Virus record (IMG/VR): IMGVR_UViG_3300045988_115788
DNA: 64,000 nt
Source of the DNA: a virus
Strand: one strand, 5' to 3'
The notes below the pieces were generated by a model. That model made no database searches and was not told the DNA's origin. It saw only the letters and a program-made list of their open reading frames with translations. Positions 7,451 to 16,524 of this stretch are shown here, piece after piece (the first letter of the stretch is position 1; each line of letters starts with the position of its first letter). Both the position numbers and the translations under genes were made by a program.

Positions 7451-7613
7451 GCGCAGATTGTTGAGTGATTTAACTGCGTGTAAACAAAAATAAAATCACA
7501 TTGCAAAAAGATTTTCCTTCGGGAGTAGCCAAAGATATGTTAGAGATAAGTATTTTTGGCGATTAAGCAAATCTGTTTGCGGTAAGCAGGGTATGAACCA
7601 AAAACCGCTTTAT

Positions 7614-7693
7614 GGCAAAGGTGATGTAACAGCAAACCATCTTAGTTTTGCGATGACTAAGTTATGCGGGTTGGAGTCCCGCCCTTGCCGCCA
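7614..7693 (+). tRNA. tRNA-like element, possible GCG (Arg) anticodon, degenerate
   Basis: T-arm gcggg-ttggagt-cccgc, acceptor ggcaaag/ccttgcc with one A-C mismatch, then g-cca. No GG in the D-loop and the T-loop reads TTGG. Confidence 0.35.
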
Positions 7694-8070
7694 ACACGCA
7701 TTGAAAATTAAATAGTAAATTCTTTGGTTCTCTATCTCCTCCGTTGTTTAATTTTTCATTTATCTCCTTTCTTTTTTGTTTTTGCTATTTAGTTTATCAA
7801 TGCGTTATATCGGGCAACAAACCGCATGAAGTTTGAAGCCTGCTGATGATTTGTTTTTAGAAAAAGCGCTTTTATGGTTCTCTTCCCCCATCGAATCATT
7901 TAAGCGCTTTTTCTGTACTCCCTGTAAAAAATGTGAAAATGAAGCAAAAACTCGCTGTAAAAAGTGTAAATTGTGATTATCAATAAAACACTGGCTTGTT
8001 TTTTGTATTAATTACCTATTGTAAAGAAGGGAAAGAAGTTGTATAATACAATTTAGAAAGGAGGCGAAGT

Positions 8071-8326
8071 AACATAATTAAGTCCTTTAAGATACGTTTA
8101 TATCCAACAAAAGAACAAGAAGCGGCTGAAATATAAATCTGAATGGGCTGGTATTGAATTTGTTCAGGTTAGTAGATTCTATCCAAGTTCTAAAACTTGT
8201 TCTTACTGTGGCAGTGTTAAAAAAGATTTGAAATTAAGTGATAGAACTTATATTTGTAATATGTGTGGCGCAGTAATTGACCGTGATTACAATGCCGCTA
8301 TTAACCTTAGTAGATATGTAATTTAA
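8071..8326 (+). pseudogene. tnpB: internally deleted TnpB remnant (N-terminal about 20 codons fused out of frame to the C-terminal Zn-finger/RuvC-III part)
   Basis: IIKSFKIRLYPTKEQE then a stop. After a frame change: YKSEWAGIEFVQVSRFYPSSKTCSYCGSVKKDLKLSDRTYICNMCGAVIDRDYNAAINL. Confidence 0.7.
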
Positions 8327-8473
8327 ACAGAGAAATTGCAATCTTGAGGTGTCGTTACACCTGTATGTTGTGGAGGGTTACACAAACTTGAGTAGCTTTG
8401 GCGAAAGAGAATCCAATGAAACAGTAAGTTGATTTTTAATTAACATAACGAAAAATATAAGGAGGTCAACGGA

Positions 8474-9010
8474 ATGAAAAAGTTGATTGTTATGATTCTT
8501 GCAGGTATGATGGTATTGAGTATGGCGGCTTGCGAAAATCAGCCATCAGAAGAAGCAAGTAGTGAATCATTAACTCAAAACGCAACTCAGGAAGAGAGTT
8601 TTTATCTAAGCCCCAATACTATGGTCGCTCTTCAGCGTTGTTATAATAATCTTAAAGAACTGGGCGATGCTGGTATGGTTATTTGTGACGATGTGGTTGT
8701 GTTTGATGCAGGAAGCAAGAGCGGTGAAGTTGTTTGCGCTAAAGTTATGTATGCTGAATACGAAGGTGTTATTGAGGGTACAGAAATCGAAATTAGCTTT
8801 GATGAATATGGGCTGATTGATGGTATTTACGTTGAAGGCAATCCTTGCTTCATTGGCGCGAGAGAGTGGTATTTAAGCGCAGATGCGGAAACTCGAAGAA
8901 AAGCAAGCGAGAAATTTACTTGTTACAATGCCGCAAAGGTGGTATCAGAAATGCGCTCCTGGAAGGGATATGAAAGCACTTTTCTCGCAAGAAATTATCT
9001 AAAAAATTAA
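8474..9010 (+). CDS. putative lipoprotein
   Basis: N-terminus MKKLIVMILAGMMVLSMAAC is a signal peptide with a lipobox Cys. Confidence 0.7.
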   Translation: MKKLIVMILAGMMVLSMAACENQPSEEASSESLTQNATQEESFYLSPNTMVALQRCYNNLKELGDAGMVICDDVVVFDAGSKSGEVVCAKVMYAEYEGVIEGTEIEISFDEYGLIDGIYVEGNPCFIGAREWYLSADAETRRKASEKFTCYNAAKVVSEMRSWKGYESTFLARNYLKN

Positions 9011-9018
9011 AAAAGTTC

Positions 9019-9047
9019 TTGACAATGCCGCAAATCTGTGCTATATT
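9019..9047 (+). promoter_or_regulatory. promoter TTGACA-17-TATATT (TG-extended)
   Basis: Read directly. Confidence 0.7.
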
Positions 9048-9077
9048 ATAGTTACAGAAACAAAGGGGGACTTAAAA

Positions 9078-9914
9078 ATGTTGAAGCAGTATGAAGCTTA
9101 TCTAAAAGCAGAACACAGAAGTCAGCGGACGATTGATTCTTATCTTGACACTTGTGCTAAGATGATGAACTATATTAGCAAAAAAGTAAGCGACATCACT
9201 TATTCTGACTTAATGGAATGGAAAGGCACTTTAGCAAATTTAAGTCCTTCTAGCGTAAACCAGAAGACTGCGGCGGTTAAGAACTTCTTCTCTTGGTGCC
9301 AGTCTGTGGGATATACTGAAAGTAATCCTGCGGCTGATATGAAACGTCTGAGAGCGAATCCTAAAGAAAGCATCTATATAGGTGCAGAAGAAATTGAAGC
9401 GTTTCTGGGCGCTTGTAGAAGTATCAGAGACAAAGCTATGCTAACTGTCATGGTGAAAACAGGTGTTCGTCAGCATGAACTTGCAAATCTTACAATTCGT
9501 TCATATCTCAAGATGAGAAACGAAGGCTCCAATTTTTTAGTAATTGTTGGTAAAGGAAATAAGGAACGTAAGATTTACTTCAGTGATGAAGTTATGGATT
9601 TAGTTGATGAGTACGTCATTTGGAGAAATAACCATGCTGTCAATAGCGACAGGTTGTTCTTGACTTTTGCTGGATTGCCGCTTAATGATTCTGGTATGAA
9701 CAGAGTTATTAAGAATACAGCCAAAAGAGCTGGACTTGCAAACGCCGAAGAGTACACTTGTCATTCGTTAAGAAGGGCTTTTGCTACCATTAAGTCGAAT
9801 AATAACGTCCCTATTGCTATTATTAGTAAAGCGTTGGGTCATTCTAATATTGCAACAACTACAAGATATATTAAAACCAATGACGAGCTTATTGAAACCG
9901 CCATGACGATGTGA
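9078..9914 (+). CDS. tyrosine recombinase / integrase (XerC/D-like, 278 aa)
   Basis: Has an N-terminal SAM-like core-binding region. Contains HSLRRAFAT and LGHSNIATTTRY (catalytic R, H-x-x-R and Y motifs). Confidence 0.85.
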   Translation: MLKQYEAYLKAEHRSQRTIDSYLDTCAKMMNYISKKVSDITYSDLMEWKGTLANLSPSSVNQKTAAVKNFFSWCQSVGYTESNPAADMKRLRANPKESIYIGAEEIEAFLGACRSIRDKAMLTVMVKTGVRQHELANLTIRSYLKMRNEGSNFLVIVGKGNKERKIYFSDEVMDLVDEYVIWRNNHAVNSDRLFLTFAGLPLNDSGMNRVIKNTAKRAGLANAEEYTCHSLRRAFATIKSNNNVPIAIISKALGHSNIATTTRYIKTNDELIETAMTM

Positions 9915-9927
9915 AAGGAGTTAAATC

Positions 9928-10203
9928 ATGCCTGAGAACATTAAGTATGTTATCTCGAAGACGGAAGACAATGCGAAATTCTATCTTTGTCCGCATGAAG
10001 ATGGAAATGTAGGTTTTTATAGTTTTCCTGATGAGGAGCATTATGAATGGGAGAAAGAGAACCTATTTAACGCTGTTAAGTTTTCTACTGCCAGTCTTGC
10101 TAGAAGCTATGCTGACAGTCTTCCTAGCGCTATTGTGCAAGCCGTTATCTGGGAAGATGATGTAGGATGTTTTGGCGGCTATAAGTTAGAGGAGGAAACA
10201 TGA
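9928..10203 (+). CDS. hypothetical protein, member of the small KF-x-S/T...A family
   Basis: IKYVISKTED...AVKFSTASLARSYA matches the motif of the 9-member family (see findings). Confidence 0.6.
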   Translation: MPENIKYVISKTEDNAKFYLCPHEDGNVGFYSFPDEEHYEWEKENLFNAVKFSTASLARSYADSLPSAIVQAVIWEDDVGCFGGYKLEEET

Positions 10204-10910
10204 GAAAGCTTACAGGACGTGATGAAGGATTTGGATTTTTGGCTCCATTTCTTAATGATTTTAAAAGAGCGTTAGACGAAGAGATGAAGTGTGATACTGG
10301 AACTGACTTCTTGTGGATGAACTACAGTGGCTCTTCTGGTTGGCATCGAGCTTTTGTTGAAGCATGTATTGACAATGAAGAAGAAGATTTACTGATGTTT
10401 TACGAGAATCTTGAATGGTTTGAGTCTGACAAATTTGATAGTTTTTTGATTGATGTTGCTGTTTTCGTTGGTGTTATTAAACATGATAAGATGATGTTTA
10501 ATGAAGCAAAAGACGAAAAGAACAGTAGTGAGATTAAAATGTTGAATGGTCTAGTTGGCGCAAGTCTCGTTGGGCTAAATGAGCGTAGTTTTATTGTCAA
10601 TAAAGATGATATGCTAGTTTGCTTTACTCTTGAAGAAGACAAAGGTGTTTGTTGTGGATTTAATGAAATCACAACAAACTTGTTCGTTAGCGAAGAAGAA
10701 CTGGATAGAAATCCAATTATTACCAGTATACAAACAGAAAGAGATGCCGGTAATAACGAAGATAGACTCATTATTACTCTTTTTGGAGAGCAGAAACAGC
10801 TTGCAGAAATTGAATCTATGTCTAGCAGTGGGTCTGGTTGGAGTTGTGGCGCAACTGTGACTCTTCACTGTCTTAAAACAAACGAAAAAGAAGTTTTAAC
10901 AAGTTGGTAA
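10200..10910 (+). CDS. hypothetical protein
   Basis: 236-aa ORF with an ATGA overlap to the upstream gene. Confidence 0.6.
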   Translation: MRKLTGRDEGFGFLAPFLNDFKRALDEEMKCDTGTDFLWMNYSGSSGWHRAFVEACIDNEEEDLLMFYENLEWFESDKFDSFLIDVAVFVGVIKHDKMMFNEAKDEKNSSEIKMLNGLVGASLVGLNERSFIVNKDDMLVCFTLEEDKGVCCGFNEITTNLFVSEEELDRNPIITSIQTERDAGNNEDRLIITLFGEQKQLAEIESMSSSGSGWSCGATVTLHCLKTNEKEVLTSW

Positions 10911-10917
10911 AAATCTC

Positions 10918-10946
10918 TTGACAAACAAAAAGAAATGTGGTATAGT
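10918..10946 (+). promoter_or_regulatory. promoter TTGACA-17-TATAGT
   Basis: Read directly. Confidence 0.7.
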
Positions 10947-10974
10947 AGATACACTGAAGGTGGTGGTGATACAC

Positions 10975-11229
10975 ATGATTGTCGAGTCCGATAATCGTTG
11001 CGAGTTTTGCGGCAAAAAGATGTTGACTCAAATTTATAAGGAATCTTATGGAGAGTATAACATGTTTGATTTTTGTCCTGATTGCGACGGCAGACCTGGT
11101 GGAATGGCTTACCTCAAAGTGGCGTCAAAGCCCCCTTGTTTCAGCTATGGGGATATAAGTCACACTGTGTTCCATGTAGTTAAGGGAACGCAGTTTTGCA
11201 GTAAATTTGCATCAGATGGAGTGCAGTAG
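10975..11229 (+). CDS. Zn-ribbon protein whose 3' end runs into the TnpB element left end
   Basis: CEFCGKK...CPDCDG. The ORF continues through the IS left-end hairpin at 11132-11152. Confidence 0.45.
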   Translation: MIVESDNRCEFCGKKMLTQIYKESYGEYNMFDFCPDCDGRPGGMAYLKVASKPPCFSYGDISHTVFHVVKGTQFCSKFASDGVQ

Positions 11230-11280
11230 TATAATATTGCTATAGAATTTAAGAGCAACAACATTATGTGAGGTGTCGAG

Positions 11281-12399
11281 ATGGAATACAGCTATAGGTT
11301 TCGTATCTATCCCAGTATCGCACAAGCGCAACAGATACGCCGGACATTTGGATGCTGTCGCTTTGTCTGGAATCACTATCTTTCGCAGCGAATAGAAGCA
11401 TACAGGGAAACAGGAAAGTCTCTTACACGATTCATGCAAGACAAAAATCTAACGTCCCTGAAGAAACAGGAGGAAACCATTTGGCTACGAGAAGTTGATG
11501 CCACGGCCTTGCAGTCCTCTCTACGGGATTTGGATATAGCTTATCGAAACTTCTTTCGGCGCGTCAAAAAGAGGGAGAAGCCCGGTTATCCAAAATTCAA
11601 AAGCAAGAAAAATCATCGGCAAAGCTATAAGAGCAAATGCGTTGGCAACAACATTAAAGTATTAGAAGGGGCTGTACAACTCCCTAAGCTAGGTAAGGTA
11701 AAATGCCAGGTCAGCAAGCATGTAGAGGGACGTATTCTGTCCGCAACCGTTAGCCAGACCCCAAGCGGAAAATACTTTGTAGCCCTGTGCTGTACAGATG
11801 TTGATATGGAGCCGCTACCATCTACAGGGGCAGCGGTCGGCATCGACATGGGGTTAAAAGCACTTGCAATTACCTCCGATGGTGTGGAGTATCCGAACCA
11901 TAAGCATCTATCCAAGAGCCAGAAGGAACTTACAAAACTCCAACGGAAACTCTCCCGAAAAACAAAGGGGAGTAACCGCTGGGATAAGGCAAAGCAAAAG
12001 GTTGCACGGCTATATGAACGGATTACAAACCAAAGAAAGGACACGTTACACAAGCTTTCCACAAAGCTCATTCGTGAAAATGATATTATTTGCATAGAAA
12101 ATTTGGCTGTCAAGAATATGGTCAAGAATCATAATTTAGCAAGAGCTATTGCAGATGCTTCATGGGGCGAGTTTCGTAGACAACTAACCTATAAAGCAAA
12201 ATGGTATGGTCGAAAGTTAGTCGTTATAGACAGATTCTATCCTTCCAGTCAGATTTGCTCTGCTTGCGGTGCAAAGTGGCCTGGAACAAAGGATTTGTCC
12301 GTTCGGGAGTGGACTTGCCCAAAGTGCAGCACGGTACATGATAGAGATGTTAATGCGGCAAAGAATATTCTAGCAGAAGGACTTCGCATGTTGGCATAA
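11281..12399 (+). CDS. tnpB: TnpB RNA-guided nuclease (372 aa)
   Basis: YRFRIYPS N-terminus, GIDMGLK (RuvC-I), ICIENL (RuvC-II), CSACG...CPKCS Zn finger, HDRDVNAAKNI (RuvC-III). Confidence 0.9.
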   Translation: MEYSYRFRIYPSIAQAQQIRRTFGCCRFVWNHYLSQRIEAYRETGKSLTRFMQDKNLTSLKKQEETIWLREVDATALQSSLRDLDIAYRNFFRRVKKREKPGYPKFKSKKNHRQSYKSKCVGNNIKVLEGAVQLPKLGKVKCQVSKHVEGRILSATVSQTPSGKYFVALCCTDVDMEPLPSTGAAVGIDMGLKALAITSDGVEYPNHKHLSKSQKELTKLQRKLSRKTKGSNRWDKAKQKVARLYERITNQRKDTLHKLSTKLIRENDIICIENLAVKNMVKNHNLARAIADASWGEFRRQLTYKAKWYGRKLVVIDRFYPSSQICSACGAKWPGTKDLSVREWTCPKCSTVHDRDVNAAKNILAEGLRMLA

Positions 12400-12530
12400 A
12401 CTTAATTTTTACAGTAGGGTGGGACACACCCAAACATATACGCTCGTGGAGATTGTGTGAGACCCGCCTATTTGGTGGGCTACGGTCAGCGAACCGAGAA
12501 TCCCCTGTCTTTAGGTGTGGGGAGTGTCAA
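12400..12530 (+). ncRNA. putative omega (right-end) RNA scaffold of TnpB
   Basis: Structured GC-rich sequence lies directly 3' of tnpB and ends at the right-end hairpin. This follows established TnpB architecture; the fold was not computed. Confidence 0.45.
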
Positions 12531-12577
12531 AAGAAGAATATTATAAAAATGATGATTGATAAAAGGAGAAATATTTA

Positions 12578-13615
12578 ATGAAGGATGTTCTAAATCAGAC
12601 TAAGACAAGTTTTGTTTGCGTAGGCACCGCTTATGAGGTGTCCCTGGAAGAAAAGGTAAATTCTAATGGCGATGAGTGTATCATGGGTAGCATCATTCTT
12701 CGTGTTCCTGGCGGCACTCAGAGATTTAGAGTGTATAGCAATAAGTTTTACAAGTCCGGCAAGAACGCTGGTAAGCTACATTATCTATACAACGCTCTTG
12801 TCTCTGCATACAACTGGAACACTGAAATCAATGGCAATGGTGGCGAACCCACCCGTGTTATGCTGAAGGGCGAATTTGATATTAACGATTATGCTTCTAC
12901 AACTTTTAATCGTGTTGTTTCTACTCTTGATTTCAAAACCAAGAGCATTACTCATCGAGTCTCTGAAGATACTGAAGACGGTATGATTATGGAGTTTGAC
13001 GGTATTTGCACCAAGTTTGCTCCTGAGATTAAGGACGATGAAGAGACTGGAAGACTCGTTGGTCAGTTTATGGCTGTCAATTATAATGGTCAGGTAATTC
13101 CTATTGACTTTGTAGTCGAAAAGGAAGGTGCAGAGCTAGTTGTTGATGGTGATAGCGAGATTGAGGCGCTATGTGTGGGTCAGACCAGAACTACTGTTTC
13201 TATGGATGTTCGTCACACCACTCAGGGTGTAGCAAAGGCTCCTGTCAAGAAGGCTGTTTTTGGTAAGTCTCATGGCCCAAAGATGGTTGATACTCCTCGT
13301 GAAATTGTCGAATATGTTCTGACTTCTTATGATTATGAAGCTGTGAAGGAGCCAGAAGATGAAGATGAAAACTCTGTATGGATTAACCCCAAGACTGTTG
13401 CAGAAGCCGTGAAACAGCGTAGAATCCATTTGGAAGAGCTTGAGCAGTCTTTAAAGGATGGTACCGCGGCAAAGTCTAATAACACCCAGAGAAAGACTAA
13501 TGCGGCTTCTAGCGCTCTTAATATGGCTAAGAACGCAAGTCGTCCTTCTACCCCTATCAACGATGACCCCTTTAATGGCGTAAATGTTGATGATGTTTTT
13601 GGTGGTCTAATGTAA
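12578..13615 (+). CDS. putative ssDNA-binding protein (tentative)
   Basis: Sits next to the AAA_24 ATPase and has an acidic C-terminal tip NDDPFNGVNVDDVFGGLM, like SSB tails. No strong motif. Confidence 0.35.
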   Translation: MKDVLNQTKTSFVCVGTAYEVSLEEKVNSNGDECIMGSIILRVPGGTQRFRVYSNKFYKSGKNAGKLHYLYNALVSAYNWNTEINGNGGEPTRVMLKGEFDINDYASTTFNRVVSTLDFKTKSITHRVSEDTEDGMIMEFDGICTKFAPEIKDDEETGRLVGQFMAVNYNGQVIPIDFVVEKEGAELVVDGDSEIEALCVGQTRTTVSMDVRHTTQGVAKAPVKKAVFGKSHGPKMVDTPREIVEYVLTSYDYEAVKEPEDEDENSVWINPKTVAEAVKQRRIHLEELEQSLKDGTAAKSNNTQRKTNAASSALNMAKNASRPSTPINDDPFNGVNVDDVFGGLM

Positions 13616-13700
13616 TTTAGAATTGTCCTGGTAGATGGGGTTGTTTTCTATCTACCAGGACAATATAAAAATAAATTAAGATAGGAGTTAAGTGATAATT

Positions 13701-14750
13701 ATGGCAAAAATTAACTTATTTGACCTTGAACCAGAAAATATTGTAGGGTCAATGGCAGGGCAAAAGTTGTATCTCTACTCTATGAATAATTGCGGCAAGA
13801 CGAAGGTTGCTTCAAAGTTACCTAAAGCTCTTCTTATGATGTGTGAACCTGGTGGCAACGGTGTTAAATGCTTAAAGGTTCGTGTTGATAAGTGGAGTGT
13901 ATTTAAGGATTTTGTCAATCAGCTTACGAGTGAAAAACTTGTTACAGACCCCAATGACGAAAATGTTAAATTACCTCAATGGGAACTAATGCAACGTAAG
14001 ATTCAGACAGTGGTTATTGATACTGTTGATGAATTGGTTGAATATGCTGAAACTGCAACTTGTCAGGAGTATGGAGTAAGTGACCTTTCTGAAATCACAG
14101 GAAAGGTCAATGGTTATTCTATTTATCGTAAGGATTTTAAAAAGCAAATCAATCGACTTTGTTCTTATGGATATACTTGTGTCTTTCTTGGGCATGAGGA
14201 GAGAGTGACTATTACTGATGAGCTAACTGGTAAAGAATATGAATTTATTCAGCCAAAGGGTAGTAGTAATGTGAAAGCATCTACTCGTTTTATTCGAGAT
14301 ATTTGTGATTTCTGTATTTATCTGAAACCCAATGGTATTGATTCTGCTGGTAACACTATTCTTTCTACTGGTATCAGCAAGCAAACAAAGCAGGTTTTTG
14401 CTCGAAGCCGCTATAATATGCAGACTTTGATTGAGCCATTTACTGCAAAAAATCTTGAAGAAGCGATTTTAAAGGCTATTGAAAAGACAGCAGAAGAAGA
14501 AGGTTCTGAAATCAATGAGTGGAAGCGTGATAGCAGTAGCTATGATAAGCATGATTGGCTTGAACTAATTAAGCCTTATTTTGCCGCCATTGGTAAGCGC
14601 TATCCTGAAAAGCTACAAGAAATTGTGATTACTGAAATTGGTGAAGGGCGCAAGCTGTCCGACATTCCAGAAGAAGACCTTGTTCCTTTGGAAAATGTTT
14701 TCAATAAGCTAGTTACTTTTGCCTGTGATAGAGATATTATTGTAGACTAA
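13701..14750 (+). CDS. AAA_24 / Sak4-like recombination ATPase
   Basis: Walker A NNCGKTK, Walker B VVIDTVDE, and the typical phage replication-module context. Confidence 0.6.
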   Translation: MAKINLFDLEPENIVGSMAGQKLYLYSMNNCGKTKVASKLPKALLMMCEPGGNGVKCLKVRVDKWSVFKDFVNQLTSEKLVTDPNDENVKLPQWELMQRKIQTVVIDTVDELVEYAETATCQEYGVSDLSEITGKVNGYSIYRKDFKKQINRLCSYGYTCVFLGHEERVTITDELTGKEYEFIQPKGSSNVKASTRFIRDICDFCIYLKPNGIDSAGNTILSTGISKQTKQVFARSRYNMQTLIEPFTAKNLEEAILKAIEKTAEEEGSEINEWKRDSSSYDKHDWLELIKPYFAAIGKRYPEKLQEIVITEIGEGRKLSDIPEEDLVPLENVFNKLVTFACDRDIIVD

Positions 14751-14760
14751 AAGACAAAAA

Positions 14761-14798
14761 GAAAGCGGCGAGACTAAATCTTGTCGCTTTCTTTTTTT
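14761..14798 (+). terminator. rho-independent terminator
   Basis: gaaagcggcga / ttgtcgctttc stem plus a T-run. Confidence 0.6.
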
Positions 14799-14828
14799 AT
14801 TTTATATAAAATAACGAATAAAAACCTC

Positions 14829-14857
14829 TTGACTTTTTATTCGCAATCTGTTATACT
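14829..14857 (+). promoter_or_regulatory. promoter TTGACT-17-TATACT
   Basis: Read directly. Confidence 0.65.
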
Positions 14858-14886
14858 AAAACCACAAACAAGGGGAGGTCAACAAT

Positions 14887-15216
14887 ATGACTGAACAAGA
14901 GTTTATAGAAGTTTGCAAGGAATTATCAGCACTACTTGTTGCCGGTTACAAAGGAAGGTGCAAAGACATCTATCATTTTCATGGAGAACATGTAGGATAT
15001 GATGTTTGGTACAATTCTAAAACAGGAAATGTTCATTTCTTGCTGGATGGCGCCATTCAAAGCACAGATATTTGGTTTCCTGATGCAAAATACTTTAGAG
15101 GCACAGTGCTTCTTTTGTATAGCAGACAAACTTTTTCTGCGGCAAATAACTTCTTGCATAGAAAAAAGAGACAAATGGAAAATTATTTTGAAAAGGAGAG
15201 AGTTGAAAATGACTAA
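14887..15216 (+). CDS. hypothetical protein
   Basis: GGGGAGG RBS; 109 aa. Confidence 0.6.
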   Translation: MTEQEFIEVCKELSALLVAGYKGRCKDIYHFHGEHVGYDVWYNSKTGNVHFLLDGAIQSTDIWFPDAKYFRGTVLLLYSRQTFSAANNFLHRKKRQMENYFEKERVEND

Positions 15217-15430
15217 CTTTCTGAACGCTTTTGACTATTATTACTATTTTGGTTCTTTGGGAGCCACTTTGGAGGGGATGCGCCAGGCAGTGAAGCATGG
15301 AAAGCTGAAGAAGTCCGTAACTATTCGTATTCTGAGACATGGTCTGGCTAGAGATATTCAGTATGGCTATAATAACGCGCAAATCAGTGAAGTGGTGTCT
15401 AATTTTAAGAAGGAGCTGAATGATGGCTGA
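15209..15430 (+). CDS. hypothetical protein, tandem paralog 1
   Basis: ATG at 15209 after AAAAGGAG. FLNAFDYYYYFGSLGATLEGMRQAV resembles the next gene. Confidence 0.6.
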   Translation: MTNFLNAFDYYYYFGSLGATLEGMRQAVKHGKLKKSVTIRILRHGLARDIQYGYNNAQISEVVSNFKKELNDG

Positions 15431-15659
15431 TTTTTTAAAGCAGTATTATAACAACTATTTCTTAGGCAGCTTGGATAGAACTCTTGCTTGCCTAAGGAAG
15501 AATGTGGAAGCAGGTATCCTTAAACCTACTGTTGCTGTGCAGATTCTCAAAAAAGGACTGAAACAGGATAGATGCTTAAAGCTAACCAAAGAACAAGTTT
15601 TGACGATTGCAGGGGAGTTTCGTAACGAATTGAGAGAGAAAGGGTTGTGGAAGAAATGA
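15420..15659 (+). CDS. hypothetical protein, tandem paralog 2
   Basis: FLKQYYNNYFLGSLDRTLACLRKNV aligns with the previous gene along its length. Confidence 0.6.
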   Translation: MMADFLKQYYNNYFLGSLDRTLACLRKNVEAGILKPTVAVQILKKGLKQDRCLKLTKEQVLTIAGEFRNELREKGLWKK

Positions 15660-15844
15660 AAGATGGTTGGGTTTTAAATATATCGAAAAATTCAGTTATT
15701 CCACGATGGACTGTTGGAAGAATACTAGCAAAAGAATCAAAACATTCTTGTGTTGAATGGTTTTATAAAAGCGGAAAAGTAATGATATGGACAGTACCAA
15801 ACGAAAACTTTATTAAATGGAGAAAACCTAGATGGCAAAAGTAA
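15656..15844 (+). CDS. hypothetical protein
   Basis: ATGA overlap with the upstream stop. Confidence 0.5.
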   Translation: MKDGWVLNISKNSVIPRWTVGRILAKESKHSCVEWFYKSGKVMIWTVPNENFIKWRKPRWQK

Positions 15845-15978
15845 AAACTAAAGTTGGCTACAAACTTTTTGAGATGGATTTTTATGATAATCTTCATCCT
15901 CTTAAAGTAGAAAAGTTAATAAAATTCTTACTGAAGAAGAGAGATTGGATATTTTAAACAAGAAAAAGGAGAGGTAAT

Positions 15979-16206
15979 ATGAGACTTGTAAATGTAGATA
16001 CAGCCCCTATTTATCTAAACACTGCGGCTTGCGAACAAATCAAAAAAATGCCTACAGTTGAATTAGAGGTAGCACAAGAAGAAAAATGCGGCCTATGCAG
16101 TCGTAAGAAACAACTTTCTGGGCAAGGAATGATGATGTTGGGAGACAAAATGAATTGTCATATTTTTATTGTTAATTATTGTCCTAATTGTGGAGCAAAG
16201 TGGTGA
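15979..16206 (+). CDS. hypothetical Zn-ribbon protein (C-terminal CPNCGAKW)
   Basis: Shares the C-terminal CPNCGAK motif with 34430-34735 and 34759-35028. Confidence 0.6.
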   Translation: MRLVNVDTAPIYLNTAACEQIKKMPTVELEVAQEEKCGLCSRKKQLSGQGMMMLGDKMNCHIFIVNYCPNCGAKW

Positions 16207-16209
16207 TAA

Positions 16210-16467
16210 ATGATGGCTAAACTTTCTGATATGGCTAAACTTTATGGGAACAAAGCTCCTTACTGCTGGACTGTTTATTCTGCTTTAAAAAAGCGTAAGT
16301 CAAAAAAAGACGGAAAAACAAGAAGAACTGCTGTTCAACTAACGGAAGAATGTGGAATTAGTTTTAACACTCTTTATTTGGCTATTGACCTTTTAGAAAA
16401 AGAAGGGTATATTAGCAGAACTCGCGCAGGAGATTTTAAGAGAAATACTTATGAAGTTCTAAAATAA
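16210..16467 (+). CDS. winged-helix DNA-binding protein
   Basis: QLTEECGISFNTLYLAIDLLEKEGYISRTR is HTH/wHTH-like. Confidence 0.5.
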   Translation: MMAKLSDMAKLYGNKAPYCWTVYSALKKRKSKKDGKTRRTAVQLTEECGISFNTLYLAIDLLEKEGYISRTRAGDFKRNTYEVLK

Positions 16468-16470
16468 GTA

Positions 16471-16499
16471 TTGACTTTGGGTGACGAAAGTGGTATGAT
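16471..16499 (+). promoter_or_regulatory. promoter TTGACT-17-TATGAT
   Basis: Read directly. Confidence 0.65.
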
Positions 16500-16524
16500 A
16501 TATAAAGAAAGGAGGCGAAGGCAA

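Larger units (their letters stand above)
11110..12535 (+). mobile_element. IS200/IS605-family TnpB-only element (IS1341-like); boundaries approximate
   Basis: Intact tnpB is flanked by matching subterminal hairpins CCCC-N13-GGGG at 11132-11152 and 12502-12522. No tnpA is present. Confidence 0.6.

Noticed and set aside
7071-7693. Suppressor tRNAs / stop-codon reassignment, as seen in some large gut phages
   Set aside because: The anticodons read by hand are CAT, CAT, GTA and possibly GCG. None is complementary to a stop codon. TAA, TAG and TGA all terminate well-formed genes on both arms.
11625-12125. Antisense ORFs inside tnpB (11625-12125), the 47227-47781 region, 49014-49577, 21634-22098, 10400-10868 and 35193-35609
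   Set aside because: Each lies fully inside a stronger sense-strand gene with recognisable motifs or good RBS and coupling. These are typical antisense shadow ORFs.
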